Positions 51,659-63,908 of a stretch of DNA of 64,000 bases are shown one piece after another (the first letter of the stretch is position 1; every line of letters begins with the position of its first letter). The notes below the pieces were generated by a model. That model was given only the letters and a program-made list of their open reading frames with translations. It ran no database searches and was not told where the DNA came from. The DNA lies in assembly GCA_900088475.1 (NCBI GenBank), contig FLMG01004315.1, forward strand, positions 6,353-70,352, written 5' to 3'. Source of the stretch: Hyphochytrium catenoides (lineage: Eukaryota > Protista > Hyphochytriomycota). The position numbers and the translations under genes are program-made.

Positions 51659-52479
51659 CTTTTATGGATTAACAGATCTCGCTGTTGTCTCTTCCGTCGA
51701 CTTATCTCCGTTGAAAACGTCGGAGGCAGGTTGATACGGAGAGACAACCGTGAGGCCAGAAAGAAGGACTCAGTATTCTTCGTAGTAGTCCCTCTCTAAT
51801 TTTCTTCTATAAACCTCATGAAGCTGCAATGTGTGCTCCAGAGGAAGAAAGAGGCGATGAGTGAAGCGTACTGCGCCACTCTGTCTCTCTCTCTCTCTCT
51901 CTCTTGTCGACCGAATCTGGCCTTGGACCAGTCTGCTTCCCAAGGTAGATGAGAGAATGCCTCCTAAGCCCTTTGCCTCGCCGTCTTTCTTTTCTGTTCT
52001 CTCTCTTTCTCTGGTGCCTGAGGCTCCCCGCAATCTCTCTGGCACGGAGCAGCGGAGCTGCACTTTCCGCCTCGGTACTATAAGAGTCAGCGCTGCGAAA
52101 CGACAGCCCAAGAAGAGAGGAGACGGAAGAAGGCAGAAGTCTAGGTGCAGCAACAAGCCGGAACAGCCTTATAACTGTCTCACTTTCCAGTCACAGAATA
52201 AGTCGAACAGCATCTGTCTTTTTTGCTTGCTATAACCTTTCAATACAGATCTTCCCTCCCGCTACGGGGAACAGGAGTGTGAATAGAGATCAACAGCCAG
52301 AACCAGCAGACAGAGTGATTGACAGAGTGACAAAAGATGGTAAAAGACGTGTTGACAACAAGCATAGAGATGGCTGAGAAAGATAGAGGGAAGACATAAA
52401 GAAAGAGACGAAAGACTAATAATAAAATGCAAAAAGACGGGAGGATACTGCAGGAAGAGCTTTGCCTGAGAGCCAGAAC

Positions 52480-52644
52480 AGACAGAGAGATAGAGAAAGA
52501 GAGAGAGAGAGAGAGGAGGATAGAGAGAGCTAGAGTAGAGGAGAAGATGTGAGACGAGAAACGGTGATAGAGAGACAGAGAGATGGCGAGAGAACGAGAG
52601 CGATGGAGAGAGCGGGAGAGCGACAGCGAGAGAGAGAGAGAGAA

Positions 52645-52689
<45 letters not shown>

Positions 52690-52690
52690 G
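52480..52690. repeat. (GA)n microsatellite / polypurine tract upstream of the glucan synthase
   Basis: Long gagagaga runs with an A-tract. Confidence 0.9.
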
Positions 52691-53829
52691 CAAGAGAGCG
52701 GGACCGGTGCCGTGTCATGTCTATCGAGCATCTTAGCACAAGCGCCTTGACGTTACGATTCGTAGAGAATAGGATAAGGTTTGTTCTGCCAATAGTTTCA
52801 CTATAAAAGGTCAACTTCGGCGGCTTACTATTAGGTAAAGGGAAACCCTTTTCCCGTGAGGACCTTCAATATCGGACAAGGATAAGGTAATATTATGTGG
52901 ACTTGTGTTGCACCGACAACGGCAAAAGAGGACAAGGCTTGGGATGGAGCAGTCTTCCTGGTCAATGACTGTGGAGGAAGTGGTGTAACCGCTGCCGCCT
53001 CCGTCCGTTATCGTCTATTTTACGTCCTGCACCCACCCATCTCGGGACCCCTAATAAATAGCTGTCGAAGGTGTTGAAGACCCACCCATCCTTGATACTG
53101 CCATCGACTCTAACGACGGCAGACAATGGCGACAATAATTGGACAGGTAAGGTTCCCCTTCTCCCAGGAAGACACGGGCATGGGACTCATGATATTGTAG
53201 TGCTCTTCAAACGACAATCCTTGGTCTTCTTGTTCACAGAACTGATGAGTGATACCCAGTCCTCCATAAATAATCATCAAGTCTCCTTGGTTTACTTCAT
53301 TTTTTTGTTGATGATGAATCCTCCTCCGACTTTGCTTGGCCCCTTCGCTCACTGCTGCAGCTCATGAACATCCTGGTCATCTTTTCTCTCCATATTTCTC
53401 TTCTCCTCCAGTAAACTGGCAGAAGTAGTATGGCATGCTGCATTGGCAAGTGACAGACTTAGCAGAATGGGACCTCGTATTGGCTAAACCAGCAGTAAAA
53501 CTCTACTACATCGTTCAAAGCATCTGGTGACTTTTATCTTATAGATAGCTGTACAAGACTGTCAGCCTTGTCTTGTTGTCCTTGCCACCATCTTTCTTCT
53601 CGTCACTGATGTAAATATGGCCTGATTTGCTCACGTTTTTGAAGTTCTAGGTATGGGATATGAGACGACAGGGACTTCGTTATCTCCTCCAGAACTATAG
53701 CAGAGCTTGCTGCTATTCTTCCTTTTAGAGAGAGTTCAACCACTATGCATTTATTAGCCCGATGCATGGTCGGCTTATGTATCGGGAGAGAAGATAGAGT
53801 TGATGAGAGACCAAGGCTTTAATAGCTCT

Positions 53830-54030
53830 TGTTGCCTCTTCTTCTTCTCTTCATCTTCTTTTCTTCTTCTTTATTAAGTAGTAGTAGTAGTTTCTTCTCT
53901 TCCCTTCTTCTTTTATTATCTAATATTGCTACATACTCTATAACTAAAAAGAAGTACATGAAGGAGAAGGAGGACGAGGAGGAGGAGGAGAAGAGAAGAA
54001 GGAGAGAAGTATGAGAAGGAGAAGAAAATT
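53830..54030. repeat. Low-complexity polypyrimidine tract followed by a polypurine tract
   Basis: CTT/TC-rich block, (agt)n, then a GAG/GAA-rich block. Confidence 0.8.
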
Positions 54031-54957
54031 GCTAACCCTTCAACGCGTTATCCTCCACCCTCACCATCAATGTCGGAAAATAGAGAAAAATCATAGTTGA
54101 ATTCTTCCGCAAGAATGATAGGAGACGGAGAGGGGAAAAAGAAGAAGAAGGGGCGTGACGCCAAGACCATCATCGACATCACGCTCAATCATGCAAGCTA
54201 GAGCGGGGGCCAACTGCTGAACAGGAATACGCCCAGAATTTGAGTTCTCTCTATAAAACGTATGCAATAGGTGTGTCTAGGAACTAAAGTCATAACACAG
54301 CAGACCATCATTATTCGGGAGGCTATTGAACATCATTTTTCTAATATCATGAGCTATCGAATGGGAAGGATGACGAGCTGAGAATGGATGTTGTTGGAGG
54401 AATCGAGACCACAGCAAGAAGAGGGTCTACATTGGCCATAACTTGAGCGATCCAGACGACAACTGTGGGTCACAAGTTGTTATTGATGAGCATTTGCAGG
54501 CTACCCAGGCTTAGAATGGAATATGTCTCTACATTAGTACAGCTTTTAGTGAGAGGAGTCCAGAAACACCACAGTTCCGCCAAGTACATGTTTTGGATAC
54601 GCGTCATGCTATTCGATAAGCATTTGAATGGCAAGTAGGCATAGATACACCACACCATCCGCACAGTTAGCCTCCAAAAGCTCAAGAATGTCTTCTTCTG
54701 GCATGCGTCTCGCAAACGAAACCTCCATTATTACTGTTATCCAGTATCCATGCATGAGCATTCTAGGCCAGATGCAGCGCACGTTGAGCTATGTCTTTCC
54801 CAGCCACCAGCAGAAAGCGACTTTTGGTTACAGATAGGACAATCAGTTAGAAATAAGTCAGTGTGATTAACAAGGCTTGGCAATTTCACTTTGGTCATCG
54901 ACGATCCCTCCAAAGTCAGCCGCGTCCTTAACTATTATCTGAGGACAAGTAGCAAGA

Positions 54958-55035
54958 CAAAAGATGTGCCTTCTAGGGTGGACAGGTAAAAAGATGTGCC
55001 TTCATGTTGGACAGGTAAAAAGAAAATTGGACAGA
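54958..55035. repeat. Imperfect ~30-bp tandem repeat
   Basis: aaaagatgtgccttc...tggacaggta x2 plus a partial third copy. Confidence 0.8.
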
Positions 55036-57267
55036 AACCTTTCAGCACTTCTAGAACGAGATAGGAAACCCTACTATTGTTAGATCTACATAGCCAAAAT
55101 GGAGCAATGGGCAGCCTTTCAGACTGTCCCTCCAAGAGGCACTGGCTTTGTTATCGCACTCCTACAGCGTACAACAACTAGACTGACCTTTCAGATGGAT
55201 GATGAGAGCAAAAAGGTGATGGGAAGTATTGGTCATCTCCATCAGAGAGCATCATCACTTCAGATGGTTGTCAGTTGTCATCCGAAGAAGGTCATCCTCA
55301 TCTTCTTCTGCAGAAATCAAGCTTACTTTCTTTCTTTTAACAATAACATGGTTGTTGTTGTATAAAAACGCTGGATTCCCTACCCACTGTGGACTTCGGA
55401 GCAGCCCCAAGTTTCTGCTATGCAGAGCCAGACAATGAGATTGTGAGGGAATTTTCCGTCGTCTACAAGTACTTGGAGCCTTGGGTCACATTGCGCTGAA
55501 CTGTGGTGTCTGTCAGCGGGAGAGGTCGACAGCGCGTCAGCAGAGCAGTCTTCTGCAACTCTAATCGTCTCTTCCGCGTCTGCCGTACAAGCTCTCTCTC
55601 TTGTCCGACCAACTAACCAGCACCTCACTCAGCAACAACGGCTGGCTAGTGCATCTCAGCAGGTCTGGCTAGAGTAGGACTCTCCCTAAGATTGTCCGTC
55701 GTCTGGTTGGCACCAGTCCTTTAGGTACATTGTTCAAAGATGAGAGTTTACATGGATTAACAGTGCCATCAGTTTGTAGGGCTTATAGGCATTAAATCTG
55801 CCTTAAATAGTCGCTAATGGCTGGGGGGGATTATAACTTCAACTTTGGGTTTTGATGACCTGTCACCAAGGGTCGATCTTGCTTTCTTCTAAGTGTCCCC
55901 AACCAAAAGACGAAGAGGAGGATGGCGCCATGAGGAGCCCATGTGAGAGCAACTGTGAGAGCTATGAAGAGGAAAGCTGAAAGGAAGGAACAAAAGCAGC
56001 GGAGAGAACCAGAGCTGTGGGCCACTGGTCACCACCTCACACAGCTGATCCTGATTTGACACGAGAGGCGTCATTGTCTTGCTGTCTCTTGCTCTGGTCC
56101 CTTGTTCTCCCTCTCTGGTCCAGCCCTTCCTCCTCCACTTACGATAGCAGCGTCATCACAGCTTACCTGCTCCATCGTGACACGTTGTTCTTCATCATTG
56201 TGCCTCCATCTAATCCAAGCAAATGCAGGAGCCAACGAAGAACAACCTCTGCACCTGTGTAGTTGCCCAGTTGAAGTCAACCTCCACTTCCTGCTCTAAA
56301 CAGGTTGAATTCAGCATCAGAAAAGACAGATATGTGATAGGGGTTACATCCTAAGCTCTTCTCAGGAATAGTCTGGAAGGGTTGAAGAAAAGTGCTGAAC
56401 GCCAGCCGAAATTTTGTCCTTAAACTGGTTTTAGAGGGTTTGCTGTGAGATGGGTGGGGGGAGTTCGAGCAATCGTAACTATTATATTAGAGGGGACACG
56501 GAAGGGGTGGGTGTTTGGTAGCGTTGATAGGGTTTTGGAAGAAAAGTTCTAAGATTTATGAAAAGTCTAAGAAGCTGAGACATCCTCTCGAACACCTGTC
56601 CTAAAATAGAAGCCAGGAAAAGAAGAGCCTTCTCGAGGTATTTTGTCACGTCTGTTCGTTGAGAAAGAGTAATGGTATATGCTGGGTAAAGTGCAGCACA
56701 ATGCATTCCGGGAAGCAAGATCTCTAGCAGACAGAGTAAACAGAAACTGGTATTGGGGGAAAGAGACAGAGGTAAAAAAAATAGAAAAGGAAGGAACGAC
56801 AGAGGGAATAATGACAGGACTTGCTGGGTGTGGACTAGAACTTTAATGGAAGCTCCAGAAGCCATTGTTTCCTTTCCACACCAACGGCCTCTCTCTGTCT
56901 ATCTCTTCCCACTCTTTCTCTCCACTTTCTCTCATAAGAATTCCCTCTCAAGAGAAGTGCTCTGAAGGAAAGGAAAGAGATAAGAGGAAGAGAAAGGGAA
57001 AGTCGTTTGTGCCTGAGAGGATGTGCATGACGCAGGGATGGAGAAGGCACAGAAGAGAGAAGCACGAAGCGACAGCAGAACTAGCAGTGGTAGGTAAATA
57101 TATAAGAAAGAGAGGAGGAGGAGGAGGAGGATCAGGACAAGTGAAGCAAGGAGAGTGAGTGGAGGACAAACTGGCGAGAGAGACAGCCTCTCAGTACAAG
57201 CGACACACATCTGATCCCCAGGTGACGATGATGCATGGGCTTCCCCGCTTCCCCCCATCTCTACTGA

Positions 57268-57330
57268 AGAGGACGGACAGAGGGGCGGACAGAGGGACGG
57301 ACAGAGGGACGGACAGGAGGGCGGATAGGG
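57268..57330. repeat. 12-bp G-rich minisatellite upstream of the CD36-like gene
   Basis: gg(a/g)cggacagag x ~5. Confidence 0.85.
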
Positions 57331-57853
57331 CAGGAGCTACTTCCTGCCCCGTACCTCTTGCTCTCTCCACACTTGCTCTTAGACGCGTCATCACGTTCCT
57401 CATCTCACCTTCCCTTCTCCTTCTCGCCAGGTTTCCGTTTCTTTGCTCTGATAGAGCCAGGAAGAGGTCTCACTCAAGGTATCATCTAGCTATCATATCG
57501 CTGCTCGTATGATAACACGCCTCTCTCATCCGAAAGCCCCTACTGGAAACAGGCTTATTTTCTCTCTGGCTTGTTCCCTTCTGCTCTACTGGGTCAGCAC
57601 AATTAGACCCATTGATAAATAGAAGGGAAAGAAAAACCACAAGCTACCTTACAAAGTAAAGAGAAGAAGAAGAAGAAAGAATGAAGGAGCAGAGAGACTG
57701 GAAGGGAAACGCATGCTTCAGCTTCCCTCTGGCTGAACCCTTGACCCACTCTCTCTTTTCTTCCACTTCACGAGTTTCCACCTCCTGGTCATCTCCTCCC
57801 GACCCTTACTTCCATCACCTAGAGATAAAGAAGAAGGGAGAGATCTGCAAAAG

Positions 57854-60149
57854 ATGGAGACTCCAGACGCCAAGGCCAAGGATAGAGAAGACAGCGGTGT
57901 TTATACTGGGAACACCAAAGATGTCAGGCCCAAGAAAGCACACTGCATTGGCGCAACCTGTGCCATCGTAACAGGCGCAATCTTCGTAATCATCGCCACT
58001 GTGTACATTAGCTGGTTCAACAGTGGAAACAGTGGATTCATTGGAAAGAACCTTTTGAAGCTCAACACAATCACAGAGGACAAACTTGATGCCTTTCTGA
58101 ACCCTGGCAATGAGTCTGATGCAGTCCCAAAATATAAGGATCTTTATATCTTCGATGTTGAGAACCCTAAAGAGATCAGACAGGGTGAGAAGCCCAAGCT
58201 AAAAGAGAAAGGTCCATATGTATTCCAACAGTACGATCAGGGCGTAGATGGTAGCTTCAACCAGGATCAAACTGAGATTACCTATTCTTCTTATGCTTTC
58301 TACGACTTCAAGGGAGACAAGAGCTGCGCTGGATGCACTCAAGATGACCGCGTCACTACTTGGAACCCGGCGTACCTTGCGGTCATGAATGGAGCTCTTG
58401 CAGAGTCGAACTTCGCTAAGCTGCTTCTTGGTGGACTTGGAGTCTCGGACATTGATGGTGTATACACCCGTCTAAATCTTTCTTTCGTGACGCCGGAGAA
58501 CTTTGCCAGCCTGGCCACGTCCTTTGCTATGGGAACTGTTAACTGCTTGGACAGTGGCAATGCCACTGCGATTGCCGCATGTGTGAGCAACCTCAAAGGC
58601 CTTCTTGGCGCCCTGACGGGGGGTCAGTTCTCCCTATTAGACCTGAGACCTGTGGTCAGCTCCCCTGCCGTGCTTGGAGAGTACACTGGAATGTTCGTGA
58701 CTCGCTCTGTCTACCAGTGGGCATTTGGCTTTCCAAGCTATGTTGCTGGTATCGCAACTACTGCTTCTCATGCTGCCAACTTCTCGTATAACACCTCAGA
58801 CATCACTGTCCTCGTCCGTGGAGCTAGCGGCTGTGGAGTGAACCCTTCTAATCCAGAGAAGCCTGAATGGGTGGGCATCTGTGGTCAGCCTGATGCTCTT
58901 GGCATGTACAAGTGTGATAGTTCCACCAACATGCCTCCTGATGTTTGCCAGAAGTACTGCAAGGGCTGTGTAACCTCAACCGGTGTCGTTTCTCTTACCG
59001 AGAAGAAGTTCTGTCCTGCTTTCAAGAACTTCTTGGAGAAGTCTCTGAACAATGCCACCTTGGCTGAGGCTATCGTGGGCGGCACCTGTGGACAGTGCTC
59101 TGAGAAGGTTGCAAAGGAGGGACGCTTTTCGCCCTTCTGCATGGCCCCAGTCCCTGGTATGGTTGACACCAACGACCTGNNNNNNNNNNNNNNNNNNNNN
59201 NNNNNNNNNNNNNNNNNNNNNNNNNNNNNNGGGTGTCAACAACCGGTCTAACCCAAGCCCCATGCAAATTATGGGCTTCTCTAGGTCTAGCTTCGGCGCT
59301 GCATGCAACAACGAAGAGATGAGGAAGGCCGCAGTGTCTGCAGGTGTCTATTGCAGCGACGTAACTGGCGGTAGTGGGACGGCATATCCTGCCAGCGGCT
59401 CGACCACAAAGGGTATCAGCGAAACCCCATTTAACGCTTCCTACCTTGTGTACATCTCTCAGGCTAATGTGCCCCTCGAGATCTCGCTGACTGATGAGGA
59501 CGTCGAAGTTGAGGGCATCAAGCTGAACCGCTTTGTTCCTGACAAGAACGTGCTCAACCAAAACCCAGTCAACATCGCTCATGGCGTAGGCTTCCCTGCT
59601 GATGGTGTGATCAATCTCGCCATGGACAAGGGCTTCCTAGCTTATGTTTCTTACCCGTACTTCCTCTATGGAGAGCCTCAGCTATTGAACAACCTGACTG
59701 TGTCTAGGAAGGGTGAGGAGATCACAACTTCTAATCTCCAAAAGCACATGAACGAGCTTAGGACTACCATCGACATTGAGCCAGCCTCTGGTGCCACGAT
59801 GCAGGCTAGGAAGAGACTTCAGGCAAGCTTTAGCGTCAACGTTCAGGCTCCTGGCCAGCCCCAGATGGATGTCAAGTTCGTTGACCCAACCGCAGGACTT
59901 GCTGTCCCTGCCAAGCTCGACAAAGCTCTACCTCAAGTGATCCCTTCGTACTGGATAGATGAGAACGCAGTCATTACCAGTTCTAAGGCTGGTACATTCA
60001 ACACTGTTCAGAGCCTGGCTAAGGCTACTCTTCCTGTGACCATTGTTGGCTTCATCTTAGGTCTTCTCCTCATCGTTTTTGGTGCTTTCTTTGTCAGAAA
60101 GTATCGCATTCAGAAGGCTCAATACCTGGCGGGGGAGTCTAAGGCATAG
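57854..60149 (+). CDS. CD36/SCARB/LIMP-2 family class B scavenger receptor, intronless, spans an assembly gap
   Basis: N-terminal TM (IGATCAIVTGAIFVIIATVYI), LYIFDVENP...PKLKEKGPYVF, YVSYPYFLYGEP, IDIEPASGATMQARKRLQ, SYWIDE, and C-terminal TM (LPVTIVGFILGLLLIVFGAFFV). Many N-x-S/T sites. The frame change occurs only across the N run. Confidence 0.88.
59180..59230. other. Assembly gap (51 N)
   Basis: Run of n characters. Confidence 0.99.
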
Positions 60150-61092
60150 AGGGATCGAAGGCTTCCTCTCCCTCATAGCTAGTGCATTCAGAGCACATAG
60201 AAAGTCTCCTCTTGGTGTTTACCACTTTTTCTAGACCATGACCTAGTCAGTTTTTCTTCTCTATGACAACTATTCTTATAAGATATATATAATGCTATGT
60301 ATTCGCTAAAGTGACGCTAGACGCTAGCCTTCGTGAGAGTCGACTCCATCATGATATTCTCTGCTTTTCCCAGCATAACGTGTGCTTTCTTGGCGAAGGG
60401 CATCTGCCCTTTGTAAGTAGGGGTTATAGGTCCAGAATTGAGCATTCAGTTGTTGGCTACGATATCAAAGCTTCTTTAGTTATCTTAGGTTCAATTCTAT
60501 TAGTAGTAGCACCTCAATTTGGCGTCCGAGCGCCGCGCAACAGACAGACAGACCGCCGAAGGAAGGAGATCTCAGAGCTGCTGCTGCCTCTGTTCTGTCA
60601 ACCGTAAATGTGCTGGCCCTTTGTTGATGGAGGTTTCACTTCTTCTTGGTGAAGATTGAGATATGGGAGTATGGCACACCACCAACTCACAAGCTTGTCG
60701 TTCTGGCTGGCCGTATTAGGTGTGGTCTTGGAACTCCTGGCCGCCTCTGCAGCAGGAATCGAGCGACACTTTGATGCGTCTGGACCACTTCCTCCATCCA
60801 AAGGGGCGAGCTGCTTCCACACAACGTGAAGATGTTGATGTTCCTGAACGTCAATGAGGCAATCGATCGTTCCCTAGGAAGAAGATCCAAAGCATATCCC
60901 TTTGGACAAGCTAGAGAAATATCTTCCACAGAGGTTAAAGACGCAACCAATATAAGTCGTCAGGTAGTCGAACTGCCAACGACAACTAATGTTCGTGATG
61001 AAGCATCATCAAGGGGACGATGGAGAAGGACAAGGATGATGGCCTCTTCTCTAATCTTGACATCTGTGACTGGCGGCGACTGGTGAGTTGAT

Positions 61093-61511
61093 CGCGAAGG
61101 GCGACACAGGCACCGTCGAGATGCTAGCCATAGGTGGAGTTTCTTGCCATCCTTTTCGTAGCCATAATATATAAGAAGCAACATTTGCATCTCCTACTGA
61201 TCGATTGATGATAAATTGCTGACGGCGGCGGTCTTCATCACCATCAATCATCAGCGAACTAGATAGCTCTTTGTGATGCGGAGTAAAACTTATCTTTACA
61301 CCTTTGCCTCGTGGGTGGTGACGGATATCACGAAGGGCGAACAAGCACCGTAGGGAGGCTAGCCATACATGGAACCTCTTGTCATCCCCTTCTTAATAAG
61401 AAGCAACATTTGCATCTCCTACAGATTGACCAAATGAACTAGATTGGTGGCGGCGGTCTTCATCCATCATCAATCATCACCGGACTTAGATAGCTCTTTG
61501 TGATGTGGAGT
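61093..61511. repeat. Diverged direct duplication (about 190-bp units at about 61093-61285 and 61330-61511)
   Basis: Shared blocks cgaagggcga..gcaccgt, gctagccata, ataagaagcaacatttgcatctcctac, ggcggcggtcttcatc and tagatagctctttgtgatg. Confidence 0.85.
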
Positions 61512-61752
61512 CGGACAGTACCCGCAGCAGCGACGATATGATGTACCACAGCTCTCAAGAATCCTACTCGTAGTAGCTTGGCCGTCACTTCCACCTCTTG
61601 AAGTGACCATAGACGCATAGCAAAGACTGCCTGCGGCGAGTAACTCATAGAACTACCCTGTCACCGATCGAAGATCAAACGACGTCTCCGAGACGTCTCC
61701 GTCTACGGAGGACGCTGTGTCCCACATCAATAAGATCGAGGGCTAGGGGAAG

Positions 61753-63315
61753 GTGACACCAACCATGATTCGAAAGTGGAAGAAAACAGCAGAGCTCAAT
61801 GAGGACTATGGACTGCAACGCGATAGGCGGAAGAAGAATGCAGGGCGAAAGGTAAATTCCGAATTTGAGGCTATGGTTATCGACGAGGCGATTGTTTGGA
61901 AGCTCGACAAGGCTGAAGAGCTTCCAGAGAGAACTACTGCCGGCTCCAGCACCAATACTTCTTGTGATGTTGTGGCCTCCGGTGACCTTTGAAGAGAAGG
62001 TTGAGATTCTCGCAAATGGCGCTTACTTCTACGAAGCTGAGATTCTGTGCCAACAGTGTAAGGGATAGAGAAAAGCGATACCAGGAGGACGAGCTCACCC
62101 CGCAATCTCCAGTTCTCTGACAAATGGGGGGTTCAGGGTTTGCTGCGCCGGAATGGATTTATCAAAAGGCATTGTACTACAAACCTGAAGACCTTCCCGT
62201 CCCAGAAAGAGGTTCGTAAGGTCATGAAAGGCATCCAAGACATTATATTGGAGAAAGCTATCCGTCCTGAACTTGTCTTTATCGAGGATGAGACAGGTGT
62301 TCACTGGGCTGAGGCATTAAAACACCAGTACGTCCCCAAGGATGCAAACAGGGATTCACTCCTGCCGGCGATGAGTCAGGGCGATTTACAGCAATGCTTG
62401 GAGTTTCTGCAGTTGGAAGGATGCTTCCTGTCATGATCATTGTCAAGGTCAATTGTCAGGATTCCAGAGATCTGTCGCGGAGCAGAACATTAGACAACCT
62501 GGTAAAGCATGGCATCCGCGCAAGGGAAGAGGGCTGGAAGGCAAGGTTATGGCAAGGACGCGTCACGACGTCCAAGGGAGAAGTGGTACAGCATTGCCGC
62601 CCTTACCTCTTAAATAGAGCGACACTAGAGATGGTATCCGTGCAGAAGAAAGGCTGGAATGACGGCGCAGGCATGCTCATGCACATTGAGCTACAGCTGG
62701 GACCGTTCAAGGAGAGATATTTCCCTGAATATGCTAACTCCAAAGCGCTCCTTGTCGTCGACAATTGCCCATTTCATAACGTGAAAGAGGTAGAACCTGC
62801 GCTGGGACAGGCCGGGTGGTCTCTGATGTTCTTCCCGCCAAACATGACAGGAGAACTTCAGCCAATGGATCTTGCAGTCAACGCTGCCCTCAAGTCAAAA
62901 CTCCGAAAAGCGAGAATCACGGGACTCTTGGCTGAGCTTGCAAGCTTTAAGCGCCGTTATATGGCTGCTCATTTCCGGAAGAGCTCCGTCATCCCTACCT
63001 TTGAGCCACCTGTTCCAAAATTGAAGGATGGAGTGAAATGTGTCTTGGATGCGCTAAATAATGACTTCACAACGCCAGAGTTTGCGAGCTCTCTTACGAC
63101 GTGCTTCGAAAAGGTGGGTCTTACTCCTATCGCTGCAGAGCATGGCACTCAACACTTCAGCCGCTACACTGCCAAATAAAGGCCGGCATGGCACCAGAAT
63201 TTGCCGAGAGACAGTGAAGACAGTTAAGGTTATGAAAGAGGCAGAAGAGATGCCCTATTTGACTGATCTCTTCCTTTCTTTAAGTCACCGCGAGGACGGT
63301 GATGATGAGAATTAG
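61753..63315 (+). pseudogene. Frameshifted DDE_1 (pogo) transposase
   Basis: Coding fragments lie in different frames (61753-61992, ~61990-62068, ~62100-62130, 62140-~62370, 62394-63179, ~63175-63315) with no convincing splice junctions. Confidence 0.8.
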
Positions 63316-63881
63316 TGCCCCAACCTACTCTTCCTGTTAATTTTAGCTAATGATGCCGGCGTTGCTGCTGCTGAAAAGAGTAATATTAATGTAGTAGTTC
63401 CCTTCTGACGCAGGAGAAGACGAGTGACACGACTTCTCATCTTCCTCTGCCGTCATACTACTTTGTTCCTCCTTACTGCTGCTGCATACTAATGCCTTCG
63501 ATATCATCATCAGCAGCTAAGATCAACATCAACATTCACTAGAGGGCGATCTGAGCAAGAGAAGAATAATATCTTGTGGGTAGACTCTATGTCCAGCGAG
63601 CGATGATTGAAGTCAAGCCAGTCTGCCGCCGCCTCCATCAATCCTTCGTTCTGAACAACAATAGTTCTATGCAGCAGCACTAAAGGTGGTACTAGTATCA
63701 ACCGTGACGTGGGCATCAATTCATTGGCTGCAATGGAGCTTTCCTCTCGGCCGAAAGTAAGATTAAAATCCTATAATTGGTCAGAGCTTCATCACTTTCC
63801 CCAGTCTTATGTATGGATGGCCCACTTTTTCCCTAATCTTATTCATACTTTGGAACAATTTTTCCCCCATCTTATTCAAGA

Positions 63882-63908
63882 GTGCATCTTATTTTCGGAG
63901 GAAGACGG
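63882..63908 (-). repeat. Right terminal inverted repeat of the pogo element, with subterminal (a/g)TCTTAT repeats from about 63790
   Basis: gtgcatcttattttcggaggaagacgg followed by TA (63909-63910). The TCTTAT core is repeated 4 times between about 63805 and 63895. Confidence 0.7.

Larger units (their letters stand above)
61660..63908 (+). mobile_element. Decayed pogo-superfamily (Tc1/mariner/pogo) DNA transposon, DD35D, left end missing
   Basis: HTH-like TPTMIRKWK...GRK and LQFSDKW...LLRRNG; DDE motifs DETG, VVDNCPFH and PPNMTGELQPMD. Right TIR reads TA|CCGTCTTCCTCCGAAAATAAGATGC on the reverse strand. Confidence 0.85.

Noticed and set aside
52240-52814. Overlapping 85-163-aa ORFs (LSLSLS / RERERE)
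   Set aside because: Microsatellite translation artefacts.
54330-54900. hAT, MULE or chromodomain-like peptide hints
   Set aside because: Only 3-5 residue resemblances amid stops; no catalytic motif set or TIRs.
59180-59232. Frameshift in the CD36-like gene
   Set aside because: Coincides exactly with the placeholder N gap of unverified length.
61652-61672. TA-CCCTGTCACCG as the left TIR of the pogo element
   Set aside because: Does not match the right TIR beyond TACC.
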